64,000 bases of DNA from Callorhinchus milii. Its lineage: Eukaryota. The stretch spans positions 34,350,001 to 34,414,000 of the forward strand of contig NW_024704742.1 of assembly GCF_018977255.1 (NCBI RefSeq). Direction: 5' to 3'. The translations under genes were made by a program, and so were the position numbers. Each line of letters begins with the position of its first letter. Positions within the stretch are counted from its first letter, which is position 1. Below are positions 38,031-50,400 of the stretch, piece after piece. The notes under the pieces were generated by a model. That model saw only the letters and a list, made by a program, of their open reading frames with translations, was not told where the DNA came from and searched no databases.

Positions 38031-38924
38031 TTGAATCATACTTGTGTTTCAACTGCATCAATTGAAATTGCACATAAAAAAAGGGCATATTGTGGATCCC
38101 AATTAATGCTGTAAAAAAAATTCTTCTCCATGATTTTAATCATACTTAAATTGTCAATTTTAAATGGGGCTGAACTTAAACTAGAACATGGTTTTATTTA
38201 CAATGTATTTCACAGCCCACCATTTGGTCTTGTTTTTTAGGGTCTTGATAACTCATCTGGGAGTATCTTTGTTTTCATGCACTAGTTTCAACTCTGCCAT
38301 GCTCTCCACACCTTTTAGATCTTCTGTCCCTGTTGGCCTTTCTATCTTTTCCCAACACAATATGTTCCCTTATCTTTACCAGCACTACCTCTCACTTCTC
38401 GTCACTTTTTAGGTTTGATTGCTGTCTTTACGTCTTTGCGCACCTCTCTGCCAAGTAAGACCAAGATTTATAAGGCAGCAGGAACATGAAAATGATCTCT
38501 TCGTATCCTATTTTCCTCAATTTAAGTCTTTTTCTGTGTTTGCTCATTAATTTTAATTTTGGGCAATACAATATTTTCCATCACTGGCACTGAGACTCCT
38601 AGGTCAAATATAGCCTGACGTGCCCAATTTGTGCCTTCGACAGAGTTACCTTCTTTTCTGTCAATAGGACATTAGTATTTCCCACACGTTCTTGATTTGC
38701 CAATTGAGACTCTCCATTTAATAATCCAATTAATAATCCTTGGTCCTAATCTGGTGTTTTATCACATTGTTGAAAAGTCTCAAAGCAAGTCACAGGATGT
38801 AAAGTGGACTGACTGCATATTTGTGGGTGAACACAGCAGCCAATTTGTGTACATGAACATCCCACAAATAGCCATGGTCCCTCTCCCTCTGTCTATCTCT
38901 CTCTTCCCTTCTCTTTCTCTCAAT

Positions 38925-39255
38925 CAGCCCTGGGGCTCACTAGTTAGGAGCGGGAATGGCCGCGCTCGTGGGGTGGCTCACTGTCTGTCAGCGGCAGGAG
39001 CCAGCGGTTGGGAGGATGCAGTTGACAAGGAGGCCCACTTGTCGTATCCTCGGGAGGAAGAGACTCCTGACACACTGCAGCAAACCGACAGTATTATTTC
39101 TACTCCCCGAGCATTGAGCTGCTATAATGAGAGGATGGTTCGATGGGGGTGGAGTGGGGGGAGCAGGCAGCCCGAAGTTAGAAATGGTTCAGGGGCCGGA
39201 TGAAAACATCCAAACGGTCAGATGCAGCCCGTGGGCCACCAGTTGGACCACCCTG
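38925..39255. mobile_element. GC-rich hAT-like DNA transposon fragment with one terminus
   Basis: Ends gggccggatg..gatgcagcccgtgggccaccagttggaccaccctg. The reverse complement cagggtggtccaactgg resembles hAT/Charlie-type TIRs. No matching left TIR was seen. Confidence 0.6.
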
Positions 39256-39789
39256 CAACTAGTTAAGGACCTTGGTATGTCCTCCCGACATGAAGGGCGC
39301 GATACAAATGTAATTTTGTTGTTGTTGAGAGTGTTGAATGATGTTTCTGATGAAGCATCAGGACGCAATAGGACACAACAAAAAGTAGTGCATAAACCAT
39401 GAGTTCATTTGCAATCAATTAAAATGTAGCTACTTCTTCATAAAACGTGATGAAATCATACTTGTTATATGAACTGTTACTTTAACCATTGTAATGAAAC
39501 CTATCATGTGGAATCAGCAGGTATGCTCATTCAGAATCAATTGATCAAACTTTCAGTTACTTAAAATCCTGAGTTTAGACTGGTTTCAGTCAGCTGCGTA
39601 ACTGATGGTCTCAGACAAAAGCAGATCAATGTACTCTGAAGTATTCAGTCTTTTATCTATTAGCACCAAATAAACTGTATTGTCAAACACTAAATATACT
39701 CTAGTGCCAAACATTGGCAAATGTAGATTTTTTTTAAAAACTCCAAAATATCATCACTCCATAAATGTGACTTAATCCCAGGATTGCTT

Positions 39790-39895
39790 TTGAGTGTTAG
39801 CCTGGACCATAAACTTAGAGACCTGACATGGGTCTTGAACCTACAACCTTCTGACTCAGAAGCGAGCATGCTATCAACTGAGTCAGTTTGACCCA
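39790..39895 (-). mobile_element. Deu-SINE tRNA-head fragment
   Basis: gggtcttgaacctacaaccttctgactcagaagcgagcatgctatcaactgagtca is the reverse complement of a head with A and B boxes. Confidence 0.75.
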
Positions 39896-40973
39896 CTAAA
39901 TGAATGAACATGCAGTATTTTTAATGAACATCAAACTGAAGCTATTCACAATGATATCCAGGTCCTAAGCCTTTAATGTTCTGACTGAACAGAAATTGTT
40001 GTGAAAATGCACCCATGAAACCTACTCGTAACAACAGGTCTGAGGGTTCACCTTTCACCTCCCCCCACCACACCCCCCCACACCCTGGACTTTTAGACAA
40101 ATTTATAAGAAATAGTACCTATCAATGATAATTGTCAGATCACATTCCCTGATTTCATTATTTTGGGGCAGATATTCATATACTCTGAGAATCAATGCTT
40201 TGATAAGATTCAGTGATATATCCAATTCCCACATGGCAATGTAAAGAGAAAACACACACTTCTCTGGCCTGACATGATTGGCAGTAAATCAGACCATTTT
40301 ACTTGCATTCTGGAAATAAAGGATTTTAGAATTCAACGAAACAAGAAATAGATTCAGTGTGTAAAACAATAGTTCAAAAAAATGCTTGATCTTCGAACTC
40401 TGAACTTTGCAAATTAAATGTTTTTTAATCACCACTCCAAATAATAAAAGTTCTGTACACCTTACAGATACCGTGCAAATCAATTCAAACAGATTGCTAG
40501 AATAAGCCTAGTTTTGATTAGCATTTGGATTACATGGCTTGTCAATCCAGTTCATGTTTGCACAGTAAAATCTCTGAAAATACATAGAACTAGAATCCAG
40601 ATAGCAACGATTTATAGAAAGAAATCACATGGGATGTTACAATATCAATAAAGTATGTGTGAAAAAACACTACCAAAGAGATCAGTAAGGTTACTAACTC
40701 ATCACCACTGCATAGAGTGGCTCGCAATATAAACTGTGTTTTTTGGAGGGAAACTCATGTTGGTAACACTGACCTGCAATATGTCAGCAATAAGGTAATC
40801 CAATGTCAGAGCTCAAATCTCATAAATCAGAATAGAACTATATGGCATGACATGAGGGTGTGTCACACACAGCATGACTACTCTTCTATCCTTCAGCTGA
40901 ACTGAAGGTCTATCTGCCTATTTGGTTGAAGGTAAGGAAACAATGACAATATTCAAAAAGAAAAGGGAGTTTC

Positions 40974-41337
40974 TGGAGTCCTGTAGCTCAGTGGTAAGAG
41001 CACTCGTCTCGCAAACGAGAGACCATGGAGTCCTGTAGCTTGGTGGAAAAAGCACTCGCCCGCAACCGAGAGACCTGGGTTTGATTCCTGGCAGAGCGTA
41101 ACCTTGGGCAAGTTTCCTTACTCCACATGCCTGATAATAATCTCTCAAGAAAAAAAACAATAATAAATTGGTCACTCAATCCATGATTGTTTATGGGACA
41201 CCACTGTGTGCAATTGGCTGCCGCGTTTCGCCCACAAAATACAGTCAATTCATTTTACAGTATATTCTGTGAAGCGCTTTGAGACGTCTAGAAGACGTGA
41301 AAAGTGCTATGTCAAATGAAGGATTATTATTATTATT
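40974..41337 (+). mobile_element. Full-length SINE family A with a tandemly duplicated 5' head
   Basis: tggagtcctgtagct..agcactcg..cgcaa.cgagagacc occurs twice (about 40974-41024 and 41026-41075), followed by a B box, body and (ATT)n tail. Confidence 0.9.
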
Positions 41338-41504
41338 CTCTCAATATTCCGTCCAACAATCTTCAAAATAAATTGCTCATTCACCTCCTAGCTGTTTGTG
41401 AGACATTGCTAGGTGCAAATTAGCTGCTACATTAACCTATAATTACAGTCATTACACTTAACAGTAATTACTGCAAAGCACTTCTGAAACACTTTGACAG
41501 TATA

Positions 41505-41822
41505 CTAATCTTTCCATTTGATATAATGCCTTTCATGTTGGGAGAATATCTCAAAGGGCTTACACAGGATTTTACTGTAAAATGTAGTGACTGCATGTTT
41601 TGTAGGCAAACAGTAATATCCAATATTGAGTCATTAAATGAATGACCAATTTTATCTGAAAGTTTGTTGGCTAGGACACTTTCTTCTCTTTTGAATAGTC
41701 CCATGAGATCTTTAATGTCCACCTGAACTGGCAGATGGAGCCTTCGTTTAACGGCACCTCCAGGAACTCACCCCAGCACTGTATTGGAGTGTAAGCTTAC
41801 ACTAGGTGAGTTTGAAGTCCTG
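41505..41822 (-). mobile_element. Deu-domain SINE, partial
   Basis: Reverse-complement tail and core ttgaatagtcccatgagatctttaatgtccacctgaactggcagatggagcc..cagcactgtattggagtgt. Confidence 0.75.
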
Positions 41823-44584
41823 ATGCATATCTGTATGTATTTCCCCTAAAGATGATGATATATACATCTGAGTATAGGTGATTGAAAGGCCTCTAATGTG
41901 TTGAGGAATTTGTGATTTCATCTGTATTTTATAACAAATGCAAGTATTATTTAGGAAAGGTAATTTACAGGGCTAAAAGTTTTTTTCTAGCTTTGTACAG
42001 TGGTAATTCAACAGCTTTCTCAAGGAGTGCTTTTCAAACCTCCAATGTGATCCAATTATTGCAAAATACTGACAAAACAATTTGTTGCATGAAGTGAAGA
42101 TAATATCAATACCTATTTCATTCAGGTACAGTGAATTATGAGAACAACTCTGTCATATTTAATTGACAAAGAGAAACAGAATCAATTAAAATAAGAAGCT
42201 GTGCTTCCACCCTTAAAGCTTTCATTCTCACCCTCAGCACTGAAAAATCTCTTAAAATATTTTTCGTGAAGTTTGTTCCAGTTCAGCTGCAGGAAACAAT
42301 CATTCTTAGGTTCGCAAACCTTCTTGTGAAGAGTGTAGTCACCATCATGTCTGATTTATAACCTGCGTAGCCAGAGAATGCAGTGCATTGTTTGGATTAG
42401 ACAGTATTTGAATCATTGTTTCAATTGATGTCAAGGATATATGAGTTCCGAGTTGAGCTGAATGTTTACTGTAACTGAACTTGAACTTGCCGCTTTCTCC
42501 AGTTCATCCAACTTGGAGCCAGATTCGGCAGCACATTGGATGAAATGGTTCCATGCTCACTGAAACAAAACATATAGGAACTTTTCTCATGGCAAACATG
42601 GCTTGACTGTCAAAAGAGTTTCACTGTATATAATGAAAGAATCAAAGAACAGATGATGGAATGATCAAACAGATTTAACTCTTAGAATGCCACAGACATG
42701 TTCAGTATCACAGTGAATGTCCAGGAGTATCTGTAAACTTGCAGACAGTCTAGTAGTTAACCATATTTGCAAAGTAGTAAAGTACATTAAAAACAATACA
42801 TAGAACAAATATTGACTGCAGGTGAGCAACCTACTGTGATTGCGTTAGAGTTGCTCATGTGAATGAAGTTCTGTTATAATGCAGAACGGTGAGAGCGTTG
42901 TTGCATTCTCAAGGTCATTTGAGCAACCTAAAAGTCTCAGATACAAGAGTTACAACCTGGAAATTGCAATCACTATTTGTTTTGTGGTACCTTTCAGCCG
43001 TTAATGTAATACAATAGAAAACAAGGTTCTATTTTGTAAAACTAGTGGGTATATTTTTTAGTTTATATTCTCCCTTCCCCACCCCAACTCCATCTTTGTC
43101 CATTGTTTCACATTCTTTCAAAGTCTCCACATGAACCAGGATAGCACTTTTTACTTGACCTGATGGAAGACATACCTTTGTGATGTGGGAAGCGACCCAC
43201 CTTCCACTTTCGGCAATTTTGTCTACCTTCCACAGAGAAGACTGATGAACTTCTCTCCAAGAGGAAGTCAGAATATTCTTTGTTCTGCTGCCTGCTGATA
43301 TCAATTATTAGAGAACATTTTTTTACACCACATGACAGCTCTTTGGCCAGTCATGTTTGCCAATTTGGTCAGGGTAAAATGATACAATATATTTAACTTC
43401 TCACAAGAGCGGAACCCACACTGTTTTGAAGCTACTATCCTAATTGCAATGTGCACCATTATACTGCTTAAATGGAGGTTTTAGATTAATTTTAAAATGT
43501 TTAGTTACTTTCTAAATCTGAAAGGTTTGTCATCTATCTCCATTTGGAGTTAAATTAAGATCCAATGTCAGTCCCAGCTATGTATTAACTGGCTAATTCA
43601 ACTGGAAAGTTGTAAACACTGATCAGGATGACAAAATATGAGGAATTATATTTTGCTGCTCTACTTCCTGGGGAAACCACTACTATACAAATAGAAAGAT
43701 TTGGGGTTCCTGGCGAACATAAATTAATAAGATTGTGTCATGACGTTATCACAGTTAGCTCCGTCACAGACTAGTTGGGCGAATGTTCTGTTTCAGTGCT
43801 GTTTCATTCTGTTTAATTTAATGCATTTATATGGCTGTGTTCTTGTAAAACAATGTAGCAACATCTTGTCAGCAAACACATTGTTATTACAATTGATATT
43901 AAATGTATATTTAATGTCATCACAATTTCATTCTCAAGTGCCAAATCCAACAGATATTCATTTAAGATTGCTTGTTCTTTAATTAAGTAATGGTTCAGAG
44001 GTTTTTTTTCTACCTACATCAAAGAAACAGATCCCAATTCAAATTACCTTAATGTTGAACCTAAGATCAAAGTACCACAAGCGCAATATGAAAACTAAAT
44101 TAATTTCAATGAAAACATTTCTGGTAACATTGTCAAGTAATTAGCAGTTCCAAAATGTTCCCACAGCCGTAACAGTGCAAATTGAGGGAGCAAATACTCT
44201 CCTCTTTGAGTCTAGCCTAATACAAATTGTCTCCTCATCCACCCCTCCCCCAGACCAAAAGAATTCTTCACATTAACTTCTGTCCCACTACTGTCAGCCA
44301 TCCTGGTCAGTGAAATCTTTACCCAATTCCCTCTCTAGATACTGCAGACATTTGCCCACAACCTGAAGCCTCTTCCCATTACCTCTCTCTATTCTTCTCC
44401 ATCTACCATAGTCCAAAGATTAAAAACCTCCCTGAATGGAGCAGCAGCCTCAGCTCTTTGTCATACATAAGACAACTTCCAACTGACACATCCTTCGCAT
44501 ACCATAAGTTAACTTATTCAGGAAGCAGCTTCTTCAGATAACCTTGAATAGATGACTAGTTAAGTCACGGTCGAGTATATGTGT

Positions 44585-44930
44585 CCAGATTTTGTACAAT
44601 CTACTTTCAAAAGAACATTCAAGCACTGAAGAAGGTTCAGGGAATAAAATCAAGGAAATAGCTAGGACCTTAAAGTTTGAGCAAAGGCCCATAGTGATGA
44701 GAAAATGTTCTTATTAGAAATAATAAGAATGAGGGGGACAGATCTTTAAAAACCTGAGGGAGCGTTTAACTGAAATAGGTTTGAATAAAGGGAGAGATGT
44801 GTAGAAATGGATACAAATTTGGAGTTTCTGCTTGATCACTATTCACCATCAGGGTATCTCTGCACAACTCTCTCCAGGAGCAGTGGGGTGAATATTATGA
44901 TAAGTTAGGTTTTACGTTATCTGTGGCAGG
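44585..44930 (+). mobile_element. Decayed CR1 ORF2 C-terminal fragment
   Basis: aagaacattcaagcactgaagaaggttcag (KNIQALKKVQ) and ttattagaaataataagaatgaggggg (LLEIIRMRG) resemble CR1 motifs KDI.ALERVQ and FSLE.RR.RGD. Confidence 0.55.
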
Positions 44931-46047
44931 AGTAAATTTGAAATGTCAAATTACTTTTGACCTTCAAAGCTTTCATATGTATTTATCCGCTGCACAATAT
45001 GGGTGTCTCTCTTAAGAAACACCCTATGGGATGATTCAATAGTAAACACCCCATGCGATAACTCCCATATCTCCACATCCCTTAAGTGAGTCCCACCGTA
45101 AAAACTTGATTCACACCCCATTTACCTTCCCTCCCTGTTCAAATTGGATGCTTCCTCTTAAGCACTTAAAAACTCAGTATTTCCATCCACATGAAATATA
45201 GATCTCACAATAAATGAATGTAAACCTATGTAATAATGTTTATGCAGTTTAAGTCTGACAGGGTATCCCAGTAGTTCACCAATCCTAAACTATGGAGTGA
45301 TCCTCGCCGATGGAGTGAAACCAATAACAAGCCTTTTTACAACTACTCCAATTATTTTATTTTACCTAGGTGTGGTTTCAAATGAACTAATTGAGGAGAT
45401 GTAAAAGTGACTGCTGCCTAATAAACAACACCCAATATTTAAGAGCTAGGTTTATGATGAGTAGCCGAAGTGGCTTATATTGCACAAGTTCTTTCATAGA
45501 TAAGTAGTGAGCAAGAAAAGTCTTGCCTCAGTCCCATTAATTGGATATTAATTGAACTCTGTGAATCTTCGTCATCTAATATTTTCCCCTATTTTGTGTC
45601 CTTGATTCCTCCCCACACACACACACACCTTTCTGAAGTTGGAAACTCATTCTTGAATATTGTTCCACAGATGCCAGATTTGTCTGGTGCTTCTCCTAAG
45701 TTAGAACCTAAACAGTAAGTGATCTGGAAGGCATCATAGACAACTTCCACACACTCACACGCACACACTTGGCAACACATGCAAGTAATAGCAATCAGAA
45801 GCAGAAACCCTTCCCAGTGCAAAGCTTCGCCATCACAGCCCAGTTTTGATCATTTAACTCAATAAACATTCACTCAATAAAATAATTTGGAATGAAACAA
45901 AAAGTCTGAAACTCTTATTTCACTCTCGTTTTCATTATGAATGCTTTGTTGATTTTTTAAAAATGAAATACAACACACCACAGCACCAAATAGGAGCAAG
46001 GATATTTTTCCACTCACCTCTTGGTAACCTTGCAAAGCCCTAACTGG

Positions 46048-46249
46048 AAAATAAAACACAAAATACTGCAGATGCTGGAAATCTGAAACGAAAACAGAAG
46101 TCACTGGGAACATCAGCAGATAAGGCAGCATCTATAGAGAAAGGAAAGCGAGTCGATGTTTCGGTTCCACGACCCTTCATCAGAACTTCATCCGTTCTGA
46201 CGAAGTGTTGTGGACCCAAAACTCACTTTCCTTTCTCCGTAGATGCTGC
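46048..46249. mobile_element. Penelope-like-element-derived hairpin with hammerhead-ribozyme cores
   Basis: 13-bp direct repeat aagccctaactgg at 46035-46047 and 46250-46262. Inverted arms at 46125-46186 and 46194-46249. The minus strand reads CTGATGAagggtcgtggaaccGAAAC. Confidence 0.8.
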
Positions 46250-46405
46250 AAGCCCTAACTGGTCCTAGCTAGGTAAGCAGCCGATAGCTTGCCAGGTAAT
46301 GTTCTTGATGGCAAGCTGTGCAGTTTTAGTCGATCAAAATCCAGCAGTACATCAACACACATTCTGGTATCCTTAAGCTTTGGCTCTCACCAACCTGCAC
46401 CTAAT

Positions 46406-46624
46406 TCCACATATTCTCTTCAACCGTGCCTTCAGCTCCCCTCTCGACTTCTCTTCAACCATGCCTTCAGCTCCCCTCTCGACTCTCTACCCCCTCCTCA
46501 CTCCCTCCCTTCCCTCCCCTCACCCTGACCATTTCCCCCCTGCTCGGGTCCCAACCCAATTATCCAGCGCCTTGGGACATCCTTCCGACGTGAAAGGTGC
46601 TCTATAAATGCAATCTTGTTGTTG
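46406..46624 (+). mobile_element. L2 3' tail with a 35-bp internal tandem duplication
   Basis: ttctcttcaacc(g/a)tgccttcagctcccctctcgac occurs twice, followed by the tail agcgccttgggacatccttccgacgtgaaaggtgctctataaatgcaatcttgttgttg. Confidence 0.88.
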
Positions 46625-46755
46625 TAATAATTTTCAGAATTAGGTAAGCAGGGTCCATCTCTCCAGGGGGACAGTGGACTTTCCATTTCAGATGTGTAGG
46701 TAGTATGCATATGTGGAATTCTCAGTTCGGTTTGGATACTCTGAAGCATAGTGAT

Positions 46756-47080
46756 AATAATAATAATAATAATAATCCTTGCATTTAATATAGCGCTTTT
46801 CACGTCAGGAGGATGTCCCAAAGCGCTTCACAGAACACACTGTAAAGTGAATTGACTGTATATTTGTGGGCGAACGCGGCAGCCAATTGCGCACAGCAAT
46901 GTCCCACAAACAGTCGTAGATTGAAAATGACCAATTTATTATTGTTTTGTTTTTTTGGAGGGATTATTATTAGGCGTGTGGAGTAAGGAAACTTGCCCAA
47001 GGTTTCGCCCTGCCGGGAATCGAACTCAGGTCTCTCACTTGCAAAGCGAGTGCTCTAACCACTGAGCTGCAGGACTCCAC
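46756..47080 (-). mobile_element. Full-length young SINE family A with target-site duplication
   Basis: TSD agtgat at 46750-46755 and 47081-47086. The tRNA-like head is well preserved, CpGs are retained and the tail is (AAT)n. Confidence 0.95.
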
Positions 47081-47194
47081 AGTGATGGGTTTCTGCATGT
47101 GTCAGACACCCAGCTGACAAAAAGCAATTCATAAAAAGGCTCAGATTTCTTCCAAACTGAAGCGCTATACACATGTACAACTTATATGCAAGCC

Positions 47195-47430
47195 CATATA
47201 GAATTTAGAACATTTATCACACAGAAGGCCATTTGACCAATTGAGTTTGTGTTAGTGACGGCAACTCCACTGAAGCTATCTGCTCTAATCCCATTCCCCT
47301 GTTCTCTCCCATAACCTTTAACAGTATTCTTTCTCAAGGTCTTTTTCAATACTATTATGCATTCAGTTCCAACAGCAATTTGGATTTGGAAACATTCCAT
47401 AGTTCAGTTCTCTGTATAACTTTCTTCAAA
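47195..47430 (-). mobile_element. Decayed CR1 3' end
   Basis: tagaacatttatcacacagaaggccatttgacc..ctaatcccattcccctgttctctcccataacc..acattccatag. Confidence 0.7.
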
Positions 47431-50400
47431 CTTTCCCCTTTTTGCTTCTCATGATAACCCTTAGTGATATGGAAGGTGTAATTTGCTAGATTCCTTAATA
47501 TAGAATTGGAACCCACAAATAGGGATTTCTTCCACTTGTTGGACATGTGTCACACCAGTGCATGAGAATTCCACTTTGACGTAGCTACTTCTGGAGCCCA
47601 ATTTTGGTGGGTCAACGGGAAGTCCTTATTGAAGAATCCCATTAGCAAATACCACCAGTTGTAACCAATACATTTCTATTCTGACGCAAATAGAGTTTTA
47701 GATGGCACGTTTAGAACTAGACTGAAGTGCTTGAAAGCTTGTGTGTGAGTCATGTAAAATAACAATGAAAGAAGAATCATAAATCATATGCCAAAAAACA
47801 TATTAACATACCAACAATCCAGGCAAAACAACATTTCAGGAGTTTGTGTTGGCAAATGTAATGAATCATGCCTGTCCTTTACATCATTGTTATATTGTTT
47901 AGGGTTTATAATGCACAATTGATGTACAGAAGTCTGAGAATACAAGTGAAACATAGCCTTATTAATAGAAGTCTGCAGCAAGATTTTCAGCCAAGTTTTT
48001 CAACATTAAGCAGTTAAAGCAGGATTATAAAAAGCAAACAAAGGGCAGAAATAAAAGCTAACAAGCTGGATAACTGCCAACCCTTATTGAGGCCAGTCAC
48101 TGCATGTCCTATTTATTCTCTCTCTCTGAAATTTCATACAAAAATAGATATGCAATATATACAGTAGGGATATAAGAAAAAGACCACACAGGAACTACTT
48201 AAGATCATAAGAAAGTATGAACAGAAAAACTATTCAGCCTGCTGTGCTCACTCAAAGACTATTTACAACTTGCATTTATGGAATATCCCTAATTTATTTA
48301 TTTATTTAATCTCTTGATAGAAGCAAATCACTACAGGTACAATTTTCAAGATATCTAACTGTGTATCATGTCCTTGAACACCCCCCCCCCAAAAGGTGTC
48401 TGAATAAAATGTGAGGATATCAGTTTACCATTACAATTTACATTATTCAATACATCCTATATACTTATGTTTCCACTCTACTGCACTGTACATTTGGGAC
48501 GGTGTGCAGTGTCTTCATGGTAAGAAGCAGAGATCCATTGGAATTGTTATAAAATGACAGGAGAGAGAAAAAATATCTGAACAAGGAAAGAACATGTATC
48601 TTAAAGGAAATAAACTGAAACAAAAGCATTAGTTACATTGGGAATCCACACATACTAATAGATAAAAGCATTGGGTTTTAAATCTAGGACAATCATGTAA
48701 AAAATAATGAACAATATTTAGGAATATTATTTAAAAGCATTGTAACCCAAAGCTATGCTAGTAAATTATTTTATCTGCATTATTTGAAATTCCCTTCACA
48801 AATTAAGTTATACACGAAGAAATGCATGAAAAATCTTTTTTCAGCTCTTCCATTTAAAGCTACATTTTTAACATTATTACTTCTTTTATAAAGTGCATAA
48901 TAGATTGATTTCCCTGAACCATAAATGATGTTTAGTCCTGAAAACACATTTACCATTACAATCTGAATATAACTGATAATATCCTAGCTGAGAATGGAAG
49001 TGAATTCTCAATATTGTCCAAAATATGCATGGTTTACATGTATATGTTTGAAACCTTATTGAACTATAAGCCTCAAACAGATGTAATCACATATCAAATA
49101 ACAAATACTTTCACAAGTGCCAAACGCAGAAAGGTTGTGAAAAAGCATGTACATGCACATACATATAAACACAGAAGTGCATACAATAACCACCATCTTA
49201 AAATAATGAATCAATTTGTATTTTTGAACAACAAAAAAAACATTCATTGGTAAATTATTCCAGATTGCACACCAATTAGCCTGCCCTAAGAAATGCATCT
49301 GGTTACTCCGGCAGCCCCACGTAATCTTAGAGAATACTTGTCAATGTTTTATCACCATAATACAGTGAAGAATGACTTTGATCACACATTTCTCAAGATA
49401 ATATGAGTTAATATTACATGCAGGTTCTGTAACTGATACACATGTGACAATAACATTATGCAATCTACTCCCATTATCTGGTGAAAATTAGATAACAAAG
49501 ATATAGATTTTTCAGACGTTTGGACCCTATGACTTAAAGGCCTACAGAATTGTTTCCAGTACTAGCTATTAATTCTCATTAGCAAATACTCAAGTACATT
49601 CAGCAACCATGAAGTTTATGATTTTTTAAAAATATAAAGCATTTATCAATTAAGGGGCTGAAGTGAGCAAAAGCATGAACAAAAAGAAAGGTAGGCTTTA
49701 AAGGTGGAGCAGGAGGAGATTAATATTTTTGAAAGATGAGAATTAGAAGCAATTTTTATTCCCCCCCACCCCCCCAAAATGTTCATTCATATGATCTCAT
49801 CCGATCTTTGGAGAATGTTTACCTATCGCAAAGGTACCTAAAAATAATCTTTAATAAACTCAGTTACCACGTGATTGGCTCATTTGTGCACCACTGCCTT
49901 GTTAAATAGACTATGTACAAATAGAGATTTAGGAAATAAAATATAATAGATTAAAATGTGTATATCCTTTGTCTCCACATTTACAGCATGATATTAAAAA
50001 GTCATCTTTTAAGCCATCTGATTTCTTAACTACACAGTAAATTAAGCCAATACATTTTTAAATGTATTGTCAGAACATTTCAAAACACAACTACCTAAAG
50101 TGTTTATAACAACTGATTTTGTTTTGAAAAATTGACATTAAAAATCAAGAAGTCTCAAACCGACTACAGATAAATGATTAATCAATATTACACCAGCATT
50201 AAATTCCAATATCTTGTCTGTTTTCATTATTCATTTGTGCTTTCTTGTTTAAATTTGTAACTATACCCCAATCATATATTTTGCCTCTTTTATATTTTGT
50301 CTTACTTTGAAAATTTATATTCTCACTTTTACTTTCAGAAACCCAAAAGTTCACTTAGTCATAGCCTGTGAGGCCATTTGGTCTTAGAATTTAGGATTGT

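Larger units (their letters stand above)
46020..47123 (+). repeat. Family X host copy interrupted by three nested insertions
   Basis: Host pieces at about 46020-46047, 46250-46405, 46625-46755 and 47081-47123 concatenate into the family X sequence. Confidence 0.85.

Noticed and set aside
38697..39402. Longest ORF in the track (168 aa) and its neighbour
   Set aside because: They read through a SINE tail, a CT tract, a hAT-like fragment and an L2 tail. The starts are non-ATG or unsupported and no domain is recognisable.
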